IMG/VR virus record: IMGVR_UViG_3300044616_001452
Reading direction: 5' to 3' (one strand)
Origin: a virus
Length of the DNA stretch: 64,000 bases
Shown: one piece after another, positions 42,120-48,683 of the stretch
Numbering within the stretch: position 1 is the first letter of the stretch
Layout of the letters: each line of letters opens with the position of its first letter
Made by a program: the position numbers and the translations under genes
The notes under the pieces: generated by a model
What the model was told of the DNA's origin: nothing
The model's input: only the letters and a program-made list of their open reading frames with translations
Databases searched by the model: none

Positions 42120-42541
42120 GAAGGAACATGTTTCAAACGAAAATATATGATTTATTTGGTGATGAAATTCTTTTGAATAGTAAAAGCTGTGTTTATTGTG
42201 GAATACAGAAAAAAATAATAGAGTTTCCTAAACATATTCATCGAAATGATGGATACGATTCTAGATGCAAAGAATGCAAAAATAAAAGAGGAAAACTTGT
42301 AGATCAAATAAGAAAAAATTCTCCACCAAAACCTGAAATATGTGATTGTTGTGGAAAAAAACCTAAGGAAGGCAATGGTAGAAGAAAAATTGGATTAGCA
42401 CTTGATCATTGCCCTAAAACTAATACCTTTAGAGGTTGGCTTTGTTTTGATTGTAATCTTGGGATTGGTTTATTAGGTGACGATACTCAAGGATTAAAAA
42501 GAGCTTTAGACTATTTGGTGAAACATGACCGACCTATTTAA
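42116..42541 (+). CDS. Endonuclease VII-family nuclease, probable free-standing homing endonuclease
   Basis: CDCC...LALDHCPKTNTFRGWLCFDCNLGIG plus an N-terminal CxxC...CKEC zinc module; sits between gp44 and gp62. Confidence 0.8.
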   Translation: MRRNMFQTKIYDLFGDEILLNSKSCVYCGIQKKIIEFPKHIHRNDGYDSRCKECKNKRGKLVDQIRKNSPPKPEICDCCGKKPKEGNGRRKIGLALDHCPKTNTFRGWLCFDCNLGIGLLGDDTQGLKRALDYLVKHDRPI

Positions 42542-42905
42542 AGAAATCTTACCAAGCATTCTTCAAACGAAGAAAGACGTTCTAGAAAATGAATCTGATT
42601 ATAAACCTTTTATCATAAATCGCTCACTCTCATATCATATGGATTGTATTTTATATGCAAATCAAATGAATATGTGTGGAAATTTACCTCCAAAACTACA
42701 ATACCAATATTTTCTAAATACCGTAAGACCAATGAAACGTAAGTTTCAGTCTTGGCAAAAGCAAGAGACCATCAAAAATTTAGATTGCGTTAAAGAATAT
42801 TTTGGTTATTCAAATGAAAAAGCCAAAGAGGCCTTGCGTATTCTAACCGATGAACATATCGCTTTCATAAAAGAACAATTAGAAAAAGGTGGAGTGAAAA
42901 AATAA
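42525..42905 (+). CDS. gp62: Clamp loader small subunit gp62
   Basis: YKPFIINRSLS, ANQMN, EYFGYSNEKAKEALRIL. Confidence 0.93.
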   Translation: MTDLFKEILPSILQTKKDVLENESDYKPFIINRSLSYHMDCILYANQMNMCGNLPPKLQYQYFLNTVRPMKRKFQSWQKQETIKNLDCVKEYFGYSNEKAKEALRILTDEHIAFIKEQLEKGGVKK

Positions 42906-43315
42906 TGGTAAAAATAGAAAACATGGTAGAGGTGACTCTAAAGGAAAAAGATGACTTTTTAAAAGTTCGTGAAACTTTAACGCGAATCGGTGTCGCTTCC
43001 AAAAAAGAAAAAGTTCTTTACCAGTCTTGTCACATTCTACATAAGCAAGGCAGATACTACATCGTACACTTTAAAGAACTTTTTGCATTAGATGGTAAAA
43101 ATACAGACTTTTCCGAGAACGATATTGCAAGAAGAAATACAATTGCAAAATTGTTGGAGGACTGGGAACTGTTAAAAATTGTTGATAAGAATATGGTTGA
43201 AGACCCCATAGTTTCTTTATCTCAAATTAAAATTCTTTCGCATAAAGAAAAAGAAGATTGGCAATTAATTACCAAATATAATATTGGTAAAAAAGCACAG
43301 AACGTGAATAAATAA
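42905..43315 (+). CDS. regA: Translational repressor RegA
   Basis: DDFLKVRETLTRIGVAS, LYQSCHILHKQG.YYIVHFKELFALDG. Confidence 0.97.
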   Translation: MVKIENMVEVTLKEKDDFLKVRETLTRIGVASKKEKVLYQSCHILHKQGRYYIVHFKELFALDGKNTDFSENDIARRNTIAKLLEDWELLKIVDKNMVEDPIVSLSQIKILSHKEKEDWQLITKYNIGKKAQNVNK

Positions 43316-43430
43316 CCATATCCCAATCGGGATGGGCTAGCCTACCGAGGTTAAGGCTAGTAAAATAAACCTCGGACCAACGCCTTATGGGTTGGTATTT
43401 TATTAACTCGCTTATTTTAAGGAGAAAAGC
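43316..43430 (+). promoter_or_regulatory. Structured 5' leader of hsp20: hairpin, H-type pseudoknot, hairpin and ROSE-like SD-sequestering hairpin
   Basis: CTAGCCT/AGGCTAG plus CCGAGGTT/AACCTCGG pseudoknot; CTCGCTTA-TTT-TAAGGAG covers the SD. Confidence 0.7.
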
Positions 43431-43874
43431 ATGACTCTTCACTACGGCAAATCTTTGCTGCCTGCAACTGTTGGTTTCGAACGTCTTCTTAGCACATTTG
43501 AAGAATTTGATAGGGCGGTCAAACCACAAACCTACCCTCCATACAATTTAGTAAAAACAAGTGATACCAATTGGACTATTGAAATCGCTATTGCGGGGTT
43601 TACCCGAGATGAAATTGATATTACTCTTGACGATGGTAAACTTTTGGTCACAGGTAAAAGTGCCGATAAAGATACTACTCGTGAATTTATCCACTATGGT
43701 ATTGCAAAGCGGGACTTCAATCATCGATTTATTTTGGCACAAACGGTACAGGTAAAATCTGCTAATATTGTCGATGGGCTTCTTATAATTGAACTGGAAA
43801 ATATTATTCCAGAAGAAAGAAAGCCAAAGAAAATTCAAATTGGTAGCAAAAATACAACACTCTTGACAGAATAG
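43431..43874 (+). CDS. Small heat shock protein Hsp20 (IbpA-like)
   Basis: YPPYNL, IEIAIAGF, GIAKRDF..F.L, A.IVDGLL.IELE..IPEE.KP..I.I. Confidence 0.94.
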   Translation: MTLHYGKSLLPATVGFERLLSTFEEFDRAVKPQTYPPYNLVKTSDTNWTIEIAIAGFTRDEIDITLDDGKLLVTGKSADKDTTREFIHYGIAKRDFNHRFILAQTVQVKSANIVDGLLIIELENIIPEERKPKKIQIGSKNTTLLTE

Positions 43875-43891
43875 TCATTTTCGAGTATAAT
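43863..43891 (+). promoter_or_regulatory. Perfect-consensus sigma70 promoter
   Basis: TTGACA-17 nt-TATAAT. Confidence 0.88.
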
Positions 43892-43916
43892 TTTATTATG
43901 GATGCGGTGAGTTAAC

Positions 43917-44048
43917 ATGGAAACATACTTGACAATGACAACTTTTACTGCCTTTGCTTTGGGTGCCTTTCTTGGTGCACTAGTTGGAAGGTTGGTAACA
44001 TTTTGTCTCATGTCAGTATGTTTCCTTTTCTTATTGTTTAAGCTATGA
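43917..44048 (+). CDS. Small hydrophobic membrane protein (43 aa, not in ORF track)
   Basis: METYLTMTTFTAFALGAFLGALVGRLVTFCLMSVCFLFLLFKL; first ORF after a strong promoter; ATGA overlap with the next gene. Confidence 0.6.
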   Translation: METYLTMTTFTAFALGAFLGALVGRLVTFCLMSVCFLFLLFKL

Positions 44049-44236
44049 ATACAAAAGATCAACCAATTAAAATGCGCAATCGCTTTAATTTGACGGATGT
44101 TTATTACACATTAGCGCACTGGCCGTCTAAAGAAATTGATGGTGTTTTGTTTCTACCTGTAGTAAAAAATTATCCTTCAAATCAAAAACAACCTTTACAT
44201 TATATCCGAAAAGATTCTTTGGAAAAAACTAAATGA
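44045..44236 (+). CDS. Hypothetical protein
   Basis: 63-aa ORF overlapping both neighbours. Confidence 0.6.
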   Translation: MNTKDQPIKMRNRFNLTDVYYTLAHWPSKEIDGVLFLPVVKNYPSNQKQPLHYIRKDSLEKTK

Positions 44237-45012
44237 AAATTGCACTTGCATCTGACGTTCATCTGGAATTCGGTACTACATCATTCAATAACACTGATAA
44301 TGCAGATGTTCTTATTTTATCGGGTGATATTTGTGTCGCTAACAATTTTCATCCTACAGATAAAAAATTTTTTCGTGAATGTTCTGAGCGTTTTCCAAAT
44401 GTGATTTATATCATGGGAAACCATGAACACTACAATGGTGATTATACACTGACCGAAAATCTTCTTCGTGAAGAGTTGGAAGAATTTACAAATATTCATC
44501 TGCTTGAAAAGCAAACGGTTGAGATCAATGGCTACACTTTTATTGGTGCTACTCTTTGGACCGACATGAACAAAAACGATCCTAATACTTTGTGGCATGT
44601 TAGCCGTGTAATGAACGATTTTCGTATTATTCGTAATAGTGGAGCGATTGAAGATCGAGAAAAACTTACTCCAATGTTTGTGTATAATGAACATGTGAGT
44701 ACAATGCACTATATCAAGAGTGTCATTGACGCTAACCCTGAAGGTAAGTTCGTAGTTGTTGGGCATCATGCACCATCTAAGAAGTCAGTGAAACCTCGCT
44801 ATCATGGCGATATTCTTACGAACGGTGCTTATTCTTCGGACTTGTCGGAGTTTATTCTTGACCACCCACAAATCAAACTATGGACGCATGGGCACACTCA
44901 TGATGTTTTTGATTATATGATCGGTGATACTCGTATATTGTGTAATCCTCGTGGATATGCTCTATACGAAGAGCGCGCTGATGAATTTGAATTGCTTTTT
45001 ACGGAGATTTAA
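44233..45012 (+). CDS. Calcineurin-like metallophosphoesterase
   Basis: SDVHLE, SGDI, GNHEHY, GATLWTD, HHAP, WTHGHTH, CNPRGY. Confidence 0.9.
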   Translation: MKIALASDVHLEFGTTSFNNTDNADVLILSGDICVANNFHPTDKKFFRECSERFPNVIYIMGNHEHYNGDYTLTENLLREELEEFTNIHLLEKQTVEINGYTFIGATLWTDMNKNDPNTLWHVSRVMNDFRIIRNSGAIEDREKLTPMFVYNEHVSTMHYIKSVIDANPEGKFVVVGHHAPSKKSVKPRYHGDILTNGAYSSDLSEFILDHPQIKLWTHGHTHDVFDYMIGDTRILCNPRGYALYEERADEFELLFTEI

Positions 45013-45013
45013 A

Positions 45014-45295
45014 ATGCCTATTTTTATGATTGATACTGTTCACACTTTTCGCCATAAGTGGCTGATTGAAGCAGAGACATTGGAACACGCTTACGATGAA
45101 ATGGTGATGACTGAACATGATCGTAAGTTTGATGAACTGACACAAAAATGTCTCGGTGAAATGATTATTGATGGGCGTGAAGTGACACGTGAAGAAATTG
45201 ATAAAGTAGTTGCAACTCTTAAAGAGGACAAGGATGAATGGGTAAATCATTGGCTTGTGGATAAATGTATTCATAAAGTCGATTATTCTAAATAA
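45014..45295 (+). CDS. Hypothetical protein
   Basis: ATG 45014 after GGAG RBS. Confidence 0.6.
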   Translation: MPIFMIDTVHTFRHKWLIEAETLEHAYDEMVMTEHDRKFDELTQKCLGEMIIDGREVTREEIDKVVATLKEDKDEWVNHWLVDKCIHKVDYSK

Positions 45296-45300
45296 TATTT

Positions 45301-45375
45301 CTGGCCGTCGTTCAATGGATAGGACAGCATTCTTCTAAAGTGCGAATGGGGGTTCGATTCCCTCCGGCCGGGCCA
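45301..45375 (+). tRNA. tRNA-Arg(UCU)
   Basis: CTGGCCG/CGGCCGG acceptor, loop CTTCTAA, TTCGATT T-loop, encoded CCA. Confidence 0.93.
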
Positions 45376-45392
45376 AACAATTTCGAGGTTTT

Positions 45393-45851
45393 GTGAAAGA
45401 AAAATTTATTAATGCATATATGAAGGTAGCCGAAACGTTTGCCGAATTGTCATCGGCTCGGCGCCTTCATGTTGGCGCGATTATTGTAAAAGATGATCGT
45501 ATCATTTCCATTGGTTATAATGGAATGCCCTCTGGTTGGGACAATGATTGTGAGGATTTAGTTGTCTATAGAAAAGAAATCGAACCTGGCATTTTTAACA
45601 ACGAATATAAACATGAATGGAAAACAAAACCCGAAGTCCTTCACGCTGAGACGAATGCAATTGCTAAGTTAGCTAAATCTACCGAATCTGGAAACGGCTC
45701 AACTTTATTTGTTACGCATGCACCTTGTATGGATTGTGCAAAACTAGTTTATCAAAGTGGCATTAGTTCAGTTTACTATAGAAATACTTACCGTTCCGAA
45801 GATGGTATTAATTTTTTAAATGCTGCTGGAGTGAACGTAAACAGAGTATAA
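45393..45851 (+). CDS. cd: dCMP deaminase
   Basis: VGAIIVKD, GYNGMP, HAETNAI, PCMDC. Confidence 0.92.
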   Translation: MKEKFINAYMKVAETFAELSSARRLHVGAIIVKDDRIISIGYNGMPSGWDNDCEDLVVYRKEIEPGIFNNEYKHEWKTKPEVLHAETNAIAKLAKSTESGNGSTLFVTHAPCMDCAKLVYQSGISSVYYRNTYRSEDGINFLNAAGVNVNRV

Positions 45852-45908
45852 TTCACCAGATGAAAAATCCATTGCTCTAAATAAAATGGAGCATACCTGG
45901 AGGATTAT

Positions 45909-46424
45909 ATGCATCTCAGAGTGATCAATAGTCCAGAAAAAAATTTCACCCCATTTGTAAGAAAAGCCTCACTTTTTTATGCGGAATATCTGATGCCAAG
46001 TAAAAGGCTCAGAGATAACGTGCATCTAAAAATAAAGTTCAATAAAAAAAGTAACTATTGGGGTTTGGCATACATTGATGATAATAATGATGCTAAAAAA
46101 CCTAGAAAGTTTGTAGTAGAATTACATCCTTGGATCGGCGCAAGAGAAATTTTTATAACCTTAGCACATGAAATGGTGCACATTCGACAATATGTCAAGG
46201 GTGACACCAATGAAAATTTATCCAAATGGAAAGGTGAAAGAATCAATTCAGAAGTGATGGATTATTACCATCATCCATGGGAAATGGAAGCTTATAGTTT
46301 AGAAACTTGTCTATATACCAAGTTCGCTATAAAAGAACAATTATGGTATGTTTTTAAAGATATAGGTAATCCAGAATTACCAATCAAAGAAGAAAAAATA
46401 AAATGGAGAAGTAAACCAATTTAA
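45909..46424 (+). CDS. Putative zinc metallopeptidase-like protein
   Basis: TLAHEMVHIRQ (HExxH) and PWEMEA; late-promoter-like TCTAAATA upstream. Confidence 0.65.
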   Translation: MHLRVINSPEKNFTPFVRKASLFYAEYLMPSKRLRDNVHLKIKFNKKSNYWGLAYIDDNNDAKKPRKFVVELHPWIGAREIFITLAHEMVHIRQYVKGDTNENLSKWKGERINSEVMDYYHHPWEMEAYSLETCLYTKFAIKEQLWYVFKDIGNPELPIKEEKIKWRSKPI

Positions 46425-46425
46425 T

Positions 46426-47169
46426 ATGAAAACTGCTTTATTATTGACAGGTAATCCAAGATTTTCAAAAGACTTCGATTCACAGATACATAATCTAAAA
46501 AATAGCGAAATAGATTGGTATATTTGTTTTTGGAAAAGAGAAGAAGGTTTTGATCCAAAAATATCCAAAAATTGGCATGTGAAAAATTCTTGGCAAGTGT
46601 TGGAAAAAATAAAACCTTTTCTTCCACCTGGGCATAGAATTAAATATATTGAACTTCTCGATCCTAACGATTACTCCGTTTTGCCTTACGATTATCAAGA
46701 CTATTACAGTAATCCAATAAACATCTGGCAACAATATAAAATATTACAATATTGTGATAGGTGGAGAAGAGAATTAGATTCTTATGATTTAGTTATTCGT
46801 TCAAGAACAGATTTAGGGCTTAGTGAAAATATCGATTTAAAATTGGCGTACAGTTGTTTGTCTAAAGATTCGAAGGTCATTTATACACCTAATAATCAAA
46901 GAAACGGCTATATAGCAAATGTCGGTGGTTATCAAACCGGATTTTGTGACCAATTTGCAATAGGGTTACCACACATAATATCGGCATATTGTGATTCTAT
47001 AGATAAATTTCATGATTTGTATATGTCAGGCACAAAATACAATCCGGAATATCTTTTACAAACTGCACTGATGAACGAAGGTATAACTTGGCCTCCAACT
47101 TCTTTTGAGATAATAAGAGAAAATATACACTGGCAACCTATTGACCATGGAAAATGGGCGAACGTGTAA
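46426..47169 (+). CDS. Hypothetical protein, possible glycosyltransferase-like; paralog of 40403-41146
   Basis: ALLLTGNPR, YDLVIRSRTD, CDQFAIG. Confidence 0.55.
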   Translation: MKTALLLTGNPRFSKDFDSQIHNLKNSEIDWYICFWKREEGFDPKISKNWHVKNSWQVLEKIKPFLPPGHRIKYIELLDPNDYSVLPYDYQDYYSNPINIWQQYKILQYCDRWRRELDSYDLVIRSRTDLGLSENIDLKLAYSCLSKDSKVIYTPNNQRNGYIANVGGYQTGFCDQFAIGLPHIISAYCDSIDKFHDLYMSGTKYNPEYLLQTALMNEGITWPPTSFEIIRENIHWQPIDHGKWANV

Positions 47170-47235
47170 ATATTTTTATAAAAAATTAATAAAAAGCCTA
47201 TATACCTGTATATTAAATTTTTTACGGAGATTTTT

Positions 47236-47340
47236 GTGTTAGTCTTATCCAAACCTACCTTTACAACATGCGAGTATCGCCCAAGCATTGCCGGCGATAA
47301 TCTGTCATGGATACAAGGTACAAGGGGTTTGATGAGTTAA
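47236..47340 (+). CDS. Putative attenuator leader peptide (34 aa, GTG start; not in ORF track)
   Basis: GGAG 6 nt upstream of GTG; MLVLSKPTFTTCEYRPSIAGDNLSWIQGTRGLMS*; 3' end contains anti-terminator AGGGGTTTGA. Confidence 0.7.
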   Translation: MLVLSKPTFTTCEYRPSIAGDNLSWIQGTRGLMS

Positions 47341-47366
47341 AGTTCCAAAAAGTTCCAAAAATTCTC

Positions 47367-47398
47367 AAACCCCTAGATCGAAAGACTAGGGGTTTTTT
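47367..47398 (+). terminator. Intrinsic terminator upstream of the tRNA array (candidate attenuator)
   Basis: AAACCCCTAG-a-TC-GAAA-GA-CTAGGGGTTT-TTT. Confidence 0.88.
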
Positions 47399-47401
47399 GT
47401 T

Positions 47402-47474
47402 GTTGTATAAAAACAACAGTGTATTGCCAAGACAAGCAAATGCTACTATAATACACATATACGTTCTTTAAAAA
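47402..47474 (+). promoter_or_regulatory. tRNA-array promoter 1 with upstream GTTG-N8-CAAC box and downstream boxA-like site
   Basis: GTTG-TATAAAAA-CAAC (47402-47417); TTGCCA-17-TATAAT (47424-47452); GTTCTTTAAAAA (47463-47474). Confidence 0.8.
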
Positions 47475-47489
47475 TTAGATGTAACTTGT

Positions 47490-47563
47490 TGGGGTGTGGT
47501 GAAATGGTATCACACAGGATTTTGATTCCCGTATTCTTGGTTCGATTCCAAGCACCCCTGCCA
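47490..47563 (+). tRNA. tRNA-Gln(UUG)
   Basis: Cloverleaf, loop TTTTGAT, CCA; U1-U72 mismatch. Confidence 0.9.
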
Positions 47564-47570
47564 AAATTTA

Positions 47571-47658
47571 GGAAGCGTGGTCGAGTGGTCTATGGCGCCA
47601 GTCTTGAAATCTGGAGGTCCGAAAGGGTCCGTGAGTTCGAATCTCACCGCTTCCGCCA
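47571..47658 (+). tRNA. tRNA-Ser(UGA)
   Basis: GGAAGCG/CGCTTCC, loop CTTGAAA, long V-arm, CCA. Confidence 0.93.
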
Positions 47659-47666
47659 AATTTAAT

Positions 47667-47756
47667 GGAGTGATCCCATAATGGTATTGGAGCGGATTGC
47701 TAATCCGTCGGTTTGCGAAAGCAGGCTTCTGGGTTCGAGTCCCAGTCACTCCGCCA
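47667..47756 (+). tRNA. tRNA-Ser(GCU)
   Basis: GGAGTGA/TCACTCC, loop TTGCTAA, long V-arm, CCA. Confidence 0.93.
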
Positions 47757-47758
47757 AC

Positions 47759-47853
47759 GGTAGGTAGCACTGGTGTGCGGCTGAGTCTTATAAGCTCGGG
47801 AGATCGGTCAGATGGGCTGAAACGGAAGGGTTCGAATCCCTTACCTACTACCA
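47759..47853 (+). tRNA. tRNA with UAU anticodon (Ile) and atypical long variable arm
   Basis: GGTAGGT/ACCTACT acceptor, loop CTTATAA, AAGGG-TTCGAAT-CCCTT T-arm, A73, CCA. Confidence 0.8.
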
Positions 47854-47860
47854 AATACAT

Positions 47861-47938
47861 GCACAGGTGGCAGAGAGGCCCAATGCAAGAGTCTGCAAAA
47901 CTCTAAAGCCGTCGGTTCGAATCCGACCCTGTGCTCCA
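47861..47938 (+). tRNA. tRNA-Cys(GCA)
   Basis: GCACAGG/CCTGTGC, loop CTGCAAA, U73, CCA. Confidence 0.93.
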
Positions 47939-48054
47939 GTTGCAATAAAACAACGTTGTAAAAATACAACAAAATCGAAGTTGACAACGGTACCAATACC
48001 TGTATAATTGATTCTGTTGTCGATGCAGTAGTGATAACAAACGATCTTTAAAAA
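47939..48054 (+). promoter_or_regulatory. tRNA-array promoter 2 with tandem GTTG-N8-CAAC boxes and boxA-like site
   Basis: Boxes at 47939-47954 and 47955-47970; TTGACA-16-TATAAT (47981-48008); GATCTTTAAAAA (48043-48054). Confidence 0.78.
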
Positions 48055-48069
48055 AAATAGCTGTTCAAT

Positions 48070-48144
48070 GCACGGTTCGTCTATCGGTTAGGACGCTAGC
48101 CTTTCACGCTGGAAAGACGGGTTCGATTCCCGTACCGTGTACCA
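48070..48144 (+). tRNA. tRNA-Glu(UUC)
   Basis: GCACGGT/ACCGTGT, loop CTTTCAC, CCA. Confidence 0.93.
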
Positions 48145-48266
48145 TATTGAAGCACATTAGAATCTGTAAAAAGATCCAGGGTTGGTACACCTCATGACTT
48201 TCGGCCGTGCTGAGTTTACGGAAACAAGCGGAAGCATGCATAGACCGTAGTGTGTTTCAATATGGT
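48141..48266 (+). ncRNA. Candidate ncRNA closed by an 18-bp stalk (copy 1)
   Basis: ACCATATTGAAGCACATT pairs with AGTGTGTTTCAATATGGT. Confidence 0.6.
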
Positions 48267-48267
48267 A

Positions 48268-48429
48268 ATAGGGTTCTGTCCCGTAAGGGAATGGTAACGA
48301 AAGTGCCTTCCAATATGTTCGGTGGCCAACGAGCATAGATGCGGAATGTATGAGTAGAGAGGTGAACGAAAGTTTGCGATAAAGCCCCGGTAGGCCTAAG
48401 CATGTAATGTGTACAAAGTACATCCCTGT
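48268..48429 (+). ncRNA. Candidate multi-hairpin ncRNA
   Basis: Several GNRA-capped hairpins (TCCC-GTAA-GGGA, GTGAAC-GAAA-GTTTGC) inside a closing ATAGGG/CCCTGT helix; no credible ORF. Confidence 0.5.
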
Positions 48430-48439
48430 ATCAATTTTC

Positions 48440-48526
48440 GGGTGCGTAGCCAAATGGTTGACGGCAGCAGACTGTAAATCTGTGACATAAGAAACGCTGG
48501 TGGTTCGAATCCATCCGCACCCACCA
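48440..48526 (+). tRNA. tRNA-Tyr(GUA)
   Basis: GGGTGCG/CGCACCC, loop CTGTAAA, V-arm, CCA. Confidence 0.93.
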
Positions 48527-48528
48527 AT

Positions 48529-48602
48529 GCGGGTATAACTTAGTGGTAAAGTAGCTGGCTTTTAACCAGCAAATCCGAGTTCGATTCTCGGTGCCCGTAC
48601 CA
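48529..48602 (+). tRNA. tRNA-Lys(UUU)
   Basis: GCTGG-CTTTTAA-CCAGC, CCA. Confidence 0.93.
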
Positions 48603-48606
48603 AATT

Positions 48607-48683
48607 GCCCTCTTACTCCAATTGGTAGAGAGGACGGTCTTAGAAGCCGTAGAGTCTCAGTTCGAATCTGAGAGAGGGCACCA
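48607..48683 (+). tRNA. tRNA-Leu(UAG) with short variable loop
   Basis: GCCCTCT/AGAGGGC, loop CTTAGAA, A73, CCA; 77 nt. Confidence 0.88.

Noticed and set aside
47339-47363. Short direct repeat AAGTTCCAAA x2
   Set aside because: Too short to be an element on its own; more likely an unstructured spacer within the proposed attenuator
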